A stretch of DNA of 64,000 nt from Candidatus Poribacteria bacterium (GTDB lineage: Bacteria; Poribacteria; WGA-4E; PCPOR2b): NCBI GenBank assembly GCA_965218095.1, contig OZ244587.1, forward strand, positions 3,008,001 through 3,072,000, read 5' to 3'. The notes beneath the pieces are model-generated. The model searched no databases and was not told the DNA's origin. It saw only the letters and a program-made list of their open reading frames with translations. Positions 34,491 through 45,236 of this stretch are shown here, one piece after another (the stretch's first letter is position 1; each line of letters begins with the position of its first letter). A program made the position numbers and the translations under genes.

Positions 34491-35566
34491 ATGATGGAAT
34501 ACTGTAATTTGGGGAACTCTGGATTGCAGGTGTCACGCATCGGTTTGGGGACGGTCCCTTTCGGGACCACTCTGGATAAAAAGACAAGCCAGAGAGTTGT
34601 AGACATGTTCTACGATGCCGGTGGTAACCTGTTGGACACGGCAAACTTATATGGAGGAGGAATCTACGGCACACATAGCAGCATGGCAGGCGCGTCGGAG
34701 CGGACAGTCGGAAAGGTTATCAAGGGCAAACGGAACCGCTTCATTGTCGCGACCAAAGGTTGTTGGCTGATGGAGGACGAGGTCTGGCCAAATCGTGTCG
34801 GACTCTCCCGGACTTATCTGGCAACTCAGATCGAAGCCAGCTTGCAGCGGCTTAATACAGACTACATAGATCTTTACCAATGTCACGGCTGGGACTTCTA
34901 TACGCCTGTGGAAGAGACTATGCAGGTGCTCGATGATTTTGTCAGGGACGGAAAGATCCGCTATATTGGGGTGAGCAACTGGGATGGGTGGCACGTAGTG
35001 AAGGCGAATACATATGCCAAATTCTTGAGCCTGACACCCCTCGTTGCCAACCAGATCTGGTACAATCTCGCGGATCGGGTCGCTGAGAACTCCATCATTC
35101 CAGCCTGTCGGAACCAGAACATATCCATTATCGCCTGGAGCCCCCTGGCCCAAGGGTTCCTGACGGGCAGATACCGCCGGGTGCCAAAGGTCCTCCTCCA
35201 AACAGCAGATTTGACCTGAAAAAGGACAACGAGAGTACCTCCTGGAAGCGCCTTGCGATTGAGAGGAATTGGGCAACGCTGGACGTTCTTGATCGGATTG
35301 CCGAGCGGCATGGAAAGAAAATCGCCAATGTGGCCCTACGGTGGGTACTTCAGGCAGACGTCTGTGATGTTGCGCTTGCGGGATTCTCCCGGCTGGAGCA
35401 ATTCTCAGACCTTCTCGAAACGCTGAACTTTCAGCTTTCCGATGAGGAGGTGGATGAATTGAGGGAAGTCAGTGAGTTGCCTCATCCTTATCCGAACAAT
35501 TTCCTTGATCTGTTCTGCCGACGCGAGAGTCCGTTTTATGGCGGACTGCGAGTAAAAAAAGGTTAG
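34491..35566 (+). pseudogene. Aldo/keto reductase, single frameshift near 35180
   Basis: LGNSGLQVS.IGLG, DTAN.Y, SL.RL.TDYIDLYQ.H, GK.RYIGVSN, WSPLAQG.LTG. One extra G in the G-run restores the frame, so this could be a sequencing error. Confidence 0.88.
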
Positions 35567-35663
35567 GCACAAGGGTAATGGCTTTGCAAAATCGAAAGAA
35601 CCAACAGATTTTTGTTGAACGGCGCGTGAAAAAGTAGTAAAATCTCAGAAAGTGAGAAAAGTA

Positions 35664-37667
35664 ATGTCAAAAAACCTCTTACCCAATGCAAGTCTTGAGT
35701 TGCCCCTGGGCCAGGGTTTGCCCAACAACTGGGCCGACCTGTTGAACCCCTTAACCCTCAACCTCGCGGCGACGGATCAATATCCAAAGGTGCCCGCCGA
35801 ATTGGTTGACGCGCCGGATGCGCCCGAGGGTCAACATGTCGCCCAGGTCGCTTTCGAGCCGGATGCTCCAGCGCATCTCACGTCGCCGGCCGTCGCCATC
35901 GAGCGGGGACGGGTCTATGTCGTCTCCGTTTACGCGCGAAGCGACACCCCTTCGGTGAAACTGTGTTTGTCGCTGTGGACCCGCCCCATGGATTGGCGCC
36001 AGCAACCCGATGATGCACCGAGTGACCTTATGCCGCTGACGGAGAAATGGCAGCGCTACGAATTTACGTTTACGGTGGGGATGCACGCACAAATGACTGT
36101 GGTGGATTTTCAAGTGACTGGGGACGCCGCCGGACACGCCTGGTTAGACGCCGCGCAATTGGAAACTGGACCGGTGGCAACAGATTACGAGGCGCGGTTT
36201 GCTGTCGAGTCAGCATTGTCGGCGCAGGACAAGCGGTTTAACGGGGCGCTGCATCTTCTGGGCGACCCGGTCACGGTTGACGTGGATCTATACAACGCCA
36301 CCAATCAACCTTGCCGCGATGAACTCGAACTGGTGATTCATGATATCGATGGACGGATGGTAGCAAGTAAATCGTTGGATGAGCCCGTTCCGCCCGGTCG
36401 CAGTCATCAGAAGGTTGCTGTCGACCTGGGCCTGGTGGGGGACTTTCGCGCCAATTGCCGTCTACGAAAAGGTCCGGTGACTGATGTGGGTGACTATTCG
36501 TTTACCGTCCATCCCGTCATTGGTGAAAACGAGCAGCGCATCCTCGTTTCCGTTGATGGCAAAGCCAGACCGTTGCCAGCCGAGCGAAGCACATTGCCGT
36601 GGACGAATCGCAGGGACTGGTACGCGGAGCCGGCCCAGGAACTGACGGTCACAAACGACGGTAGCATCTACGTCTTTGCCGTGGACGGCGCTATCTTGCG
36701 GACAACCGATGGCGGCCGCAGTTGGCAAAGCTACGACGCTGGTCCGGGCATCTGCGGTACACCAGCCATGACCGACCAAATCGAGGACGATAGCCTGCGC
36801 TCCGCTCCGGATGACATCCTGCGTGGTTCGATGTGCACCATAGGCGTGATGAGCGACGGTATGTTTTTCAATACCGTCAGTGACCAGGCGCGTGATCGGC
36901 TGTGGATCAATCGTTCCAACGACCAGGGGCGCAGTTGGCAGCCGGTTTCGTCGATTTCCACCCTGGGCGGGGGGACACAGCGCGGACAGGTGACTGAACT
37001 GGCCGACGGAACGCTGATTCTTATGGTCGCGTACAGTGTGCGCGAGGAGTATCCGTGCCTGATCAAAGCATACCTCTCGACCGATCACGCTCGCACCTGG
37101 ACCGGCTACCCGGTTGCGCCGGGTGGCGAGCCGTTCGTGCGTCAGCTTCAATCGGGGCGGCTGCTTGCCGTGCTGCGCCACAGCGTCAGCGCCGGAGCCG
37201 AACATGTTGATTTGTATCTGCAGAGCGACAAATATCGCCAACCGTGGCAGCGGGCGAGTGGGAATCTCAAACTGAGCAATTACAAGAAGAACCTGATCCT
37301 CGTAGATTCGGATGACAGCGGCAAAACGTGGCACAACGCGCGGGAAGCCACCTGCGGCTTCGACGAGATGCACGGCATGGCGGTCGATTTGCCCGACGAG
37401 CGCGTCGTGTTGTTCTATGTACACCGCGTGCCTCGGGCGTACGGCGGCGAGCGGGCGAAGATCAGCCGCGACGGCGGCAACACCTGGGCCCCGGAGCTTT
37501 ACCACCTGAACACCACCCCCGCGCGCCCGGGTTACTCGGCGAGTTGCGTCCTGCCAGCGCATCTGGCCGATGGCAAGCCGGGGATGATCCTAACGATCAT
37601 TGGCCAGCGCGCCATGGAAGATCATCCAGCGAAAATGTCTGCCGTGCGCTGGCGCCCACTGGGGTGA
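35664..37667 (+). CDS. CBM-like N-terminus plus BNR/Asp-box (sialidase-like) protein
   Basis: NLLPNAS.E..W; five Asp-boxes TTDGGRSW, SNDQGRSW, STDHARTW, SDDSGKTW, SRDGGNTW. Confidence 0.8.
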   Translation: MSKNLLPNASLELPLGQGLPNNWADLLNPLTLNLAATDQYPKVPAELVDAPDAPEGQHVAQVAFEPDAPAHLTSPAVAIERGRVYVVSVYARSDTPSVKLCLSLWTRPMDWRQQPDDAPSDLMPLTEKWQRYEFTFTVGMHAQMTVVDFQVTGDAAGHAWLDAAQLETGPVATDYEARFAVESALSAQDKRFNGALHLLGDPVTVDVDLYNATNQPCRDELELVIHDIDGRMVASKSLDEPVPPGRSHQKVAVDLGLVGDFRANCRLRKGPVTDVGDYSFTVHPVIGENEQRILVSVDGKARPLPAERSTLPWTNRRDWYAEPAQELTVTNDGSIYVFAVDGAILRTTDGGRSWQSYDAGPGICGTPAMTDQIEDDSLRSAPDDILRGSMCTIGVMSDGMFFNTVSDQARDRLWINRSNDQGRSWQPVSSISTLGGGTQRGQVTELADGTLILMVAYSVREEYPCLIKAYLSTDHARTWTGYPVAPGGEPFVRQLQSGRLLAVLRHSVSAGAEHVDLYLQSDKYRQPWQRASGNLKLSNYKKNLILVDSDDSGKTWHNAREATCGFDEMHGMAVDLPDERVVLFYVHRVPRAYGGERAKISRDGGNTWAPELYHLNTTPARPGYSASCVLPAHLADGKPGMILTIIGQRAMEDHPAKMSAVRWRPLG

Positions 37668-37797
37668 AACCGAAGGGGAGGACCAGGGGGATTTTCAACC
37701 TGACAAACAGGCGAATGGGCGAATCAGTGGAAATAATACCAATTCTGATAAAGAGTCACGCATTGTTGAAACGAGGGAGCGAGCGGGCAAGCAGAAG

Positions 37798-37890
37798 AAG
37801 AAAGTGAGCAAGTGAGAGTGTCAAGCTGTCGCTTCTCACTTTCCCACTTTCTCACCTGCCTATTGTCTCTTCTTCCCTCACTTTCTCATT
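37798..37890. repeat. Inverted tandem octamer repeats
   Basis: AAAGTGAG/CAAGTGAG facing CTCACTTT/CCCACTTT; a similar array lies at 47251-47313. Confidence 0.6.
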
Positions 37891-38055
37891 ATTTCTGCGC
37901 TTTCTGTCCGAATCGTGCGACAAAATTATTCAGAAACGGTACTGATGGGCTCATGAATTTATTCGGTTGATTGCTGATCTTTTCGTCTACTATGTTGGAA
38001 TGCCTGCCATATCGAATCACTGTGAAACGCTGCAAACGAATAGGGAGAATAAACA

Positions 38056-39066
38056 ATGAAAACGCTCAACCAATCTAACAAGTATTGCATTCCCATATCG
38101 ATTTTGCTTCTGGTTGCATTCTTTCTCACAGGTTGTGCCACCTTAAACGAGGCACAACAGCAAAAACAGGAGCGAACCAAACAAAAGCAACAAAAGCGCT
38201 ATATGACATTTGAACGTCCAACTTCTAGGATCGAAGCGTCTCCTGATGGCTTAAAGATTGAGAGTAAGCATTACACCTTGACCTTTGCCAATGATCTGCT
38301 GAAACACGAAGACTTCAATGAAGCCCAAGAACGCCAAAGTATGGGGCAAGGGGCGCTGCTGTTTATGGAGAGCCTCTACGATTTTGTTCACAACATCTTC
38401 GGTTTTGAACCCAATCACCGGCTGAAAGTGAAGCTTCATCGGGTCTACCAGGGAACCACGCAACTTGCAACAACGGCAACGCAATCCAGAACAATCTATC
38501 AAAATGGCGAATATCTAACAATTGTTGAGGGCATCGAAATGGATTTCCCGCTTGCGATGTTCAACCAGCGAGATGTCCGGGCGCATGAACTAACCCACGC
38601 TTTCACAAATATCTATCTTCTGCCTACATGGTTCGCGGAAGGGATCGCTGTTTTGGTGCAAGTCGAATATGCAAAGGGAAGAAGCCACCGTAAGATCGAT
38701 CTCCATGATCAATTGAAGACCGATCTTGATGGTATCAATGCCGTTCAAAATTGGAAGGGACATTTTGCCATTGATGGACTGACTCAATGGCGGTATAGCT
38801 ATTCTTACTCAATTGTCTCGGAATTGAAAATGCGCTTCGGCAAAAAGTTTTACCCGAAAGTATTTCGTTTAATCGAAGCAGATCATCTACATCAAAGGCT
38901 ACCAGGCCAAATGACCACCAGCTTCCTGGTTTACTACTTGAGTCAAGCTGCAGGTCAGGATCTTGTCCCGTTTTTTGAAGAACTTCAATTCAAACTTCGC
39001 CGTTTAACTAAATCGGAAATCGTGTCAATCATCAAACAAGCAAACCAGCAGCAAAATAGGAGGTAA
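38056..39066 (+). CDS. Lipoprotein with a gluzincin Zn-metallopeptidase motif
   Basis: Lipobox LTGC; AHELTH...PTWFAEGIA. Confidence 0.75.
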   Translation: MKTLNQSNKYCIPISILLLVAFFLTGCATLNEAQQQKQERTKQKQQKRYMTFERPTSRIEASPDGLKIESKHYTLTFANDLLKHEDFNEAQERQSMGQGALLFMESLYDFVHNIFGFEPNHRLKVKLHRVYQGTTQLATTATQSRTIYQNGEYLTIVEGIEMDFPLAMFNQRDVRAHELTHAFTNIYLLPTWFAEGIAVLVQVEYAKGRSHRKIDLHDQLKTDLDGINAVQNWKGHFAIDGLTQWRYSYSYSIVSELKMRFGKKFYPKVFRLIEADHLHQRLPGQMTTSFLVYYLSQAAGQDLVPFFEELQFKLRRLTKSEIVSIIKQANQQQNRR

Positions 39067-39072
39067 GATTAA

Positions 39073-39714
39073 ATGAAATTTCAATCAACCGCCACCTATC
39101 TCTTTCTTTCGTTCAGCATCGTTTCATCGTATGGGTGTGCAGCGATTCAAGGTTTCTCCGCCGGACAAGAGTGGAGTGAAAACTACGCCCTTATTGAAGG
39201 AGCACAAGCCAATGATCCGGCAGTCATTGATGGAAATGTCAGAACGATTGGGCAATCCCAGCAGGTCGAGATCTCAGCGGATGTCGTTCAAAGTCACCAC
39301 GCATCCTCTGAGTCGGTCGTGCTCCTTCCCGAGCCCAAATCCATCCATCGTGTTGTGGTTCGTTCCTCCAACCTTGAGGCGTTTGATATATGGGTGACTG
39401 ACAACCAGGGAAGGTGGGATCGGGTTAAGGAGATTAAAAACACTAAAAATCAGGTCAGCGATGTCCGACTCGGTCGAGCCGTTCATACCGCTGGTGTCAA
39501 GATCCGGATCCGTCGCACCTCAGATGATGCTCAACAGCGGCACAAGAACGTCCGACGTGTGCGTCAATTCAGGGTCTATACCGGAAACGTTCGCGCCCTT
39601 GCGCAAATCGCTGAAATTGAACTGTACGGATTCGTCTCCAAAGATGACAAAGCAAATACACTTTCTCAGAAAGAACGGGACGAGAAGGAACTTGATGAAT
39701 TGTTGGAGTTTTAG
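39073..39714 (+). CDS. Lipoprotein, possible discoidin/galactose-binding-like fold
   Basis: SYGC lipobox; ENYAL..AVIDGN..T, IAEIELYG. Confidence 0.65.
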   Translation: MKFQSTATYLFLSFSIVSSYGCAAIQGFSAGQEWSENYALIEGAQANDPAVIDGNVRTIGQSQQVEISADVVQSHHASSESVVLLPEPKSIHRVVVRSSNLEAFDIWVTDNQGRWDRVKEIKNTKNQVSDVRLGRAVHTAGVKIRIRRTSDDAQQRHKNVRRVRQFRVYTGNVRALAQIAEIELYGFVSKDDKANTLSQKERDEKELDELLEF

Positions 39715-39873
39715 GCAGGGCGGATCAATTTCCCGATGGATGCCAATCTTTGGATCGGGATGCTTCGCATCGTGGATTCTCGGTGCGAAGCATCGGAACT
39801 TCGGGAGTTTTGCGATTCTCCCCTTCCCCCCAAAGTTTCAGAGGCGGACAGGTGGCGACAAAACCAGAGACGC

Positions 39874-39981
39874 CTCATTCCCAAACTCCTGCTTGGGAAC
39901 CGGTGTTGGCGAAGTTCCGCTTCGCAGTGGGGAAGTAGAGCTTCCTGAATGGCGTTCCGAAAACATGAGTTTCGGAACGAG
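39874..39981. repeat. Composite REP-like element
   Basis: CTCATTCCCAAACTCCTGCTTGGGAAC..GAAGTTCCGCTTC..GAAGTAGAGCTTC..GTTCCGAAACATGAGTTTCGGAACGAG. Confidence 0.7.
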
Positions 39982-40164
39982 CAGGAATGCCTGCTCACCC
40001 AACGTGTCCGTCCTTGAACCCCAAAGTTAGGAGAATTGAGGAGGGCGAGCCACCAGTGAATCTGCCCCGATTATCTCTCATACAAAGTCAAGATAGAATC
40101 CGCGCGAGAAAACTTCATCCTTCAAGGGCGGAGATGGATTGCGAACTTTAGGCACTTTTCAACT

Positions 40165-41379
40165 ATGCGTATTCTTCACACATCGGATTGGCACCTCGGG
40201 CATCGTCTCTACGAGCGGAATCGCATTGATGAACACCGCCAATTCCTGGATTGGTTATTCACAGCGATTAGAGAACATGCGGTTGATGTCCTACTTGTTG
40301 CGGGAGACATCTTTGATACCGCGCTGCCATCTTCTGAAGCAACAGATCTCTACTATCAATTTCTCTTTCGGCTATATCGTGAGACGAACACGCAAGCTGT
40401 AATTACCGCCGGCAACCACGATTCTCCCATGCGCCTGGCGGCTCCGCGACAGTTTCTCAAAATGGGACGGATTCACGTCGTCGGAGAAATTGATTCGGCG
40501 TTAGAAGCGTGTGTCATTGTGCTTCACACCGGTGAATCAGCCGGCGCCATTGCCGCTGTCCCCTATCTGTCTGAAAACGAAATCCTACCCCATGTCTCGC
40601 TTGAGAAGGAAATCGAAAAAACAGAACGCTACCGGGAGGCGATGAAGCGACTCTGGCAGCGGTGCGTTGAGCGGATGCCGGAGGAAATACCGAAGATCCT
40701 GATGGGACATCTCGTCGTCGCGGGTGGTGAGGAGAGTGGATCTGAGCGAACCATCCAGATTGGCGGGGCAACAGCAGTACGCGCCGGCGATTTGCCGGCG
40801 GGGGTGGATTATGTGGCGTTGGGGCATTTGCATCGTCCACAAGCGATCAGTGGAGCGAACTATCCGATTCGATACGCAGGCTCCCCGCTGCCGATGACCT
40901 TCCAAGAAGCCTTGCATGACAAGAAAGCGTATCTGCTCGATCTCGGCAAATCGGGCGATGATCGATTGACCGAGATTACCATTCCGGTCTTCAAAGAACT
41001 ATGTCAAGTGAGTGGGAACTACGATCAGGTGATATTCCAGGCGGAGGCGGCAAATCAAGATTGGAACGGGAAATATATTGAGGTGCAACTGACACTCGAT
41101 GAGCCACACATTGGAGTGGGCGATGAAATTCGAGAGATTTTCAGTAGGCGCGGCGGCGATGTTCTATTAGTTGAAGTTCAACTCGTTGAGCAACAGCGGG
41201 AAATAGATCTGTCTGCGGAGGATATTTCCGTGAAACCACCTGAAGCGATCTTTGCTGAGTTTTATCGAGCGAAGTACGGTGAAGAAGACGAAGATGATGA
41301 GCATTTTGCGGAAGCCATGGAGACTTTCAAAGAACTGGCAAATGTCGTATCAACACAAACCGATGAAGAAGATCAATGA
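40165..41379 (+). CDS. sbcD: Exonuclease SbcD
   Basis: HTSDWHLG, AGDIFD, AGNHDS, YVALGHLHRPQ, YAGSP. Confidence 0.96.
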   Translation: MRILHTSDWHLGHRLYERNRIDEHRQFLDWLFTAIREHAVDVLLVAGDIFDTALPSSEATDLYYQFLFRLYRETNTQAVITAGNHDSPMRLAAPRQFLKMGRIHVVGEIDSALEACVIVLHTGESAGAIAAVPYLSENEILPHVSLEKEIEKTERYREAMKRLWQRCVERMPEEIPKILMGHLVVAGGEESGSERTIQIGGATAVRAGDLPAGVDYVALGHLHRPQAISGANYPIRYAGSPLPMTFQEALHDKKAYLLDLGKSGDDRLTEITIPVFKELCQVSGNYDQVIFQAEAANQDWNGKYIEVQLTLDEPHIGVGDEIREIFSRRGGDVLLVEVQLVEQQREIDLSAEDISVKPPEAIFAEFYRAKYGEEDEDDEHFAEAMETFKELANVVSTQTDEEDQ

Positions 41380-41579
41380 GGAACTGAGGAAATAAGTTCA
41401 TGGGTTCATATACTGCAAAAGGGCATAAATGACGCTTTTGTATTTTGAATCCTGAATCTTGCATCTGCGATGGATACCAGATTCAAGGTGCAGGATACAG
41501 GACGCCGGTGATGTAAGTCATAACCTGTTGCGGTATAGGTTTGTTCAGTTGTTACATATCAACGAAGAGTTCTATTCTG

Positions 41580-44500
41580 ATGAAGTTACTCAAATTGCGG
41601 CTCAAGAATCTGAACAGTTTCCGGCAAGAGGTCAATCTCGATTTCGACAGTGCGCCGATGAACGAAACGTCGCTTCTGGCAATCACCGGGCCGACTGGAT
41701 CTGGCAAGACAACCCTGCTCGATGCGCTGTGTGTCGCCCTTTACAACAAGACGCCGCGCTTATCGGGTGTCGGCGCCCAGAATCCTGGGAACCTCTTGAG
41801 CCAGGGGAAAACAGAAGGATTTGCCGAAGTCTTTTTTGAAGCGGATGGAACCCGTTATCTCACCGAGTGGTCTGTCAAGCGAAACCGAAAAGGCGAACTC
41901 AAACAAGAGGCGAAGCTGATTAATACGGACACAGGAGTAGTGGTCACCGATCGACTGTCCTCGCGGAGTAGGTCTAACGACACCCATGAGATGTCTGTGA
42001 GTGGTGCCGTGCAGACAATCCTGGGGTTGGACTTTGACGCCTTCAGTCGTTCAGTGATGTTGGCGCAGGGACAGTTTGCCGCGTTTTTGAAAGCGAAGGC
42101 GGAGGAGCGGCGGACAATTCTGGAGGCGACAACTGGCATCGGAATGTATGATACCCTCAAAAAGACGCTAAACGAAAAGGTCAATGCTGTCAAGCGGGAA
42201 TATGAACAGGTAGAAGCGGCGTTCAACGCTATCCCCGCTACAAGTCAGGAAGAGATTCACCAGGTCCAGGTTCAGATTGGAGAATTGGACACCAAGTACC
42301 GCTCACTGCAACAGAAACGGCGGGAAATTATGGAGCAGAAAGATGCAGAATCTCAGCGGGCTCGAGCTTATAAGCAACTGACGGAAGCAGAAGAACGCCA
42401 AAGGAAACTCCTGAGTCAGAGGACTGAAATGGACGAGGTTCAGGCGGAACTTGATGCGGCTCGCCGTGCCGCCGATTTGCGCCTGGAGCGACAGACGTTT
42501 GACACAGAGAAAGAAGCGCTTCAAGCGGCAGAAACCACTCTTGCTGAAACACAGTGTGGGTTGAATGAAGCGCAAAGTGATTATGACGAAAGCCAAAAAA
42601 AGTTCATTGAGATCGAAGCGCAGTATCAATCGGCAGCGTTTGAACGCAGCGCCAAGATCCCAGCGTTTAACAGAGCCCGTGATAAAGAAATTCGAGCGCA
42701 AGCACAATTCGATGAAGCGGAGAAGCGAAAAGCGGAACTGCAAACGGTTGAAAAGGCAGTTGACCAACTCACGAGGCATTTAGGGTCACAACAGGAAGAC
42801 AAAGCGAAGTTGGAGGAACAGATCGAATTGGATCGAAGGTTCTTGGACGCGCACCCACTTCCAGCGGATAGCGATCAGTGCCTCGTTGACGCGAAGACGA
42901 TCCTTGTGACGCTTCACGGAGGAGCCAGTTCCCACCGTGAAAAGTCAAAGGCGCAGGAAGAACGGGGTTCGAAAAGTGTGCAGTTACGGCGCAAATCTGA
43001 AGATTTAGAGGGAGAACGGATTAAACTGCTTGAGAAAAAGGAGAGTGCCGATGCCGCTTTGATACAGGCAGAAGCTGAATTGAATGCGCTGTTAGCTGGA
43101 GGAGACGCGGATCACTGGGGACATCAGAAGGAGGACGCGCAACGGCTGCAACCAATAGCACGGGAATACGAGGACGCCGTGCGTCGCCGCCGCGCAGCAC
43201 AGGAAAAATTAGATCCGGTGCGTGAAGCCCTCAATTCAGCGGAAGTCGAGTTTGCCGATCTCAGTCAGACGTTGGAATCGCAAACGAAAGACGTTGCGCT
43301 TGCAGAGGAGAAGGTGAAGCGGTATGAAGCCGAGGAAAAATACGCGCTGATGGCGAATCATGTGATTGCTTTGCGGGAAGATCTGCAGGCCGGTCAGCCA
43401 TGTCTGGTATGCGGGGCGACGGAGCATCCGTGGACAGAGAAGGAGGAGCTGGAAGGCGAAAAACAGATCGAATTGGCTCAACGAAATCTCGCCGAAGCCA
43501 AGGCAGCGTTGCAAATCCATCAAAATCATCTCAGCGATTTGCAAGGGAAGAGTGCGCGTGCAGAGGTCAATAACGCGAATTTGGAACGTCGGCTCAATGA
43601 CCTGCGCGAGACCATTGAAGCGCTGGAGGGAGACATTGCATCCACCCAGGCGAAGTGGCAGGAGATTTCTCCGGACACTGAGATTTCATCGCAAATGACC
43701 CAGGAGATGATTAACGAGGCCGACGCATATATCCAAAACCTTCATAAAGCGAAGACCGCATATACAGATGCATCGCACCAGGGTAAACTCATTGAGCAGC
43801 GCCTAAATAGCCATGATCGAGAAATTCAATCTGTAAAGGCGAACTTAGCGGAGATCGAAGGGCAGCGGCAGGAAATCGATAGCGATCTGGCCGCCTTAAA
43901 TCGTGAAATCGAAGAAATGGAGGCGCAATTCTGGGAGACATTACCCGATGGCTTTCATGGAGAAAAACCGGGCGACGCACTTGAGCAATTTGAAGAACAG
44001 ATCAACGCTGTCAGGGCGTGCGAAAAGCGTCGGAATGACAAGATGTCTCTACTGCATCAACTCAGCGACGGAATTGAGAGCAACCTCAACCAACTGGAAT
44101 CTGAGGGGCGTCGAAAAGCAGAAGTTGAAGCAAAAATTGCCCGTTATCAAGCAGAAGGTAACAGGTTGTTCACCTCTGCGCATGAGAAAACGGGCGGACT
44201 TACAGCGGACGAAGCGATACAGAAGCTAGAGCGGGATTTGCAGGACAAAACCGAGGGTCGGGAACTCACGCAGCGTACCTTTCATGAAACGCGAAACCTG
44301 TTGACGCAGGCACAGTCTAAATTAGACAATGCAAATTCACACTTTGATGTGTGCCGTCAAAAGTTCAGTGCAGCGCAGCGCGCCTACTTAGACGCCCTGG
44401 AAAATGCAGGATTTGTTTCGCCAGAGGAACATGAGCGGGCGTTTCGCGATGAATCGTGGCTGGCAGCCAATGAAGCGGGGATGCAACAGTATCAGAGAGA

Positions 44501-45221
44501 CCTGTACGCAACGGAGTCGGAGGTTGCAGTACATCGAGCAATCTTCGTCGATTCGCTGTTCGATCCGGAGGCGATGAATCGACTTCAGGATGCCGAACAG
44601 GAGATCGATGATCAGATCGATTCAATCACTCAGGAAATTGGCGGGTTGCGAGAGAAGCAGCAAAAGTTACAGGCAGAGCTCAAGCAGCGCGAAGCGCGAG
44701 GGCATGTGTTAGAGAAAGTGCGTCGGGAGAAAGAGAGCTGGGAACGTCTGCAGGAATGCATCCCCGAAAACAGTTTGCGTGATTTCGCATTAGAGCGCAT
44801 GTTTGACCTGATGATTCGTTTGGCGAACAAGCAGTTGGACGATCTGACCCACCGTTACGAACTGAAGGTGAAGGGCATGCGGGACATGGTTGTGATTGAC
44901 AAGTGGAATGCGAACGAAGAGCGACCTGTCGAAACGCTGTCAGGTGGGGAGTCGTTCTTGACAAGCCTTGCGCTCGCGCTTGCGCTTTCGGAAATGAGCC
45001 GGGGGCGCACCCAACTCAACTCACTTTTCCTCGATGAAGGGTTCGGCACTCTTGATAGCCAAACGCTCGATATTGCGATTTCCGCGCTGGAAGGATTGCG
45101 GTTTTCGGGCAAAAGCGTTTTTGTCATCAGCCACGTCGAAGAACTAACGCGACGTATTCCTGTCCGGATTGCCGTCGAAAAAACGGGCAATGGGAGTTCA
45201 CAAGTTAAGATACAACAGTGA
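41580..45221 (+). CDS. sbcC: SMC-like ATPase SbcC
   Basis: GPTGSGKTT, LAQGQF, coiled coils with a CLVCG hook, LSGGE, LFLDEGFGTLD, VISH. Confidence 0.96.
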   Translation: MKLLKLRLKNLNSFRQEVNLDFDSAPMNETSLLAITGPTGSGKTTLLDALCVALYNKTPRLSGVGAQNPGNLLSQGKTEGFAEVFFEADGTRYLTEWSVKRNRKGELKQEAKLINTDTGVVVTDRLSSRSRSNDTHEMSVSGAVQTILGLDFDAFSRSVMLAQGQFAAFLKAKAEERRTILEATTGIGMYDTLKKTLNEKVNAVKREYEQVEAAFNAIPATSQEEIHQVQVQIGELDTKYRSLQQKRREIMEQKDAESQRARAYKQLTEAEERQRKLLSQRTEMDEVQAELDAARRAADLRLERQTFDTEKEALQAAETTLAETQCGLNEAQSDYDESQKKFIEIEAQYQSAAFERSAKIPAFNRARDKEIRAQAQFDEAEKRKAELQTVEKAVDQLTRHLGSQQEDKAKLEEQIELDRRFLDAHPLPADSDQCLVDAKTILVTLHGGASSHREKSKAQEERGSKSVQLRRKSEDLEGERIKLLEKKESADAALIQAEAELNALLAGGDADHWGHQKEDAQRLQPIAREYEDAVRRRRAAQEKLDPVREALNSAEVEFADLSQTLESQTKDVALAEEKVKRYEAEEKYALMANHVIALREDLQAGQPCLVCGATEHPWTEKEELEGEKQIELAQRNLAEAKAALQIHQNHLSDLQGKSARAEVNNANLERRLNDLRETIEALEGDIASTQAKWQEISPDTEISSQMTQEMINEADAYIQNLHKAKTAYTDASHQGKLIEQRLNSHDREIQSVKANLAEIEGQRQEIDSDLAALNREIEEMEAQFWETLPDGFHGEKPGDALEQFEEQINAVRACEKRRNDKMSLLHQLSDGIESNLNQLESEGRRKAEVEAKIARYQAEGNRLFTSAHEKTGGLTADEAIQKLERDLQDKTEGRELTQRTFHETRNLLTQAQSKLDNANSHFDVCRQKFSAAQRAYLDALENAGFVSPEEHERAFRDESWLAANEAGMQQYQRDLYATESEVAVHRAIFVDSLFDPEAMNRLQDAEQEIDDQIDSITQEIGGLREKQQKLQAELKQREARGHVLEKVRREKESWERLQECIPENSLRDFALERMFDLMIRLANKQLDDLTHRYELKVKGMRDMVVIDKWNANEERPVETLSGGESFLTSLALALALSEMSRGRTQLNSLFLDEGFGTLDSQTLDIAISALEGLRFSGKSVFVISHVEELTRRIPVRIAVEKTGNGSSQVKIQQ

Positions 45222-45236
45222 CGCAGGCCTGACCGG

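Noticed and set aside
36462-37562. 366-aa minus-strand ORF
   Set aside because: Antisense shadow of the GC-rich BNR gene, with no motifs.
39461-40030. 189-aa and other short ORFs before sbcD
   Set aside because: They run through a composite palindromic repeat and overlap a better-supported gene.
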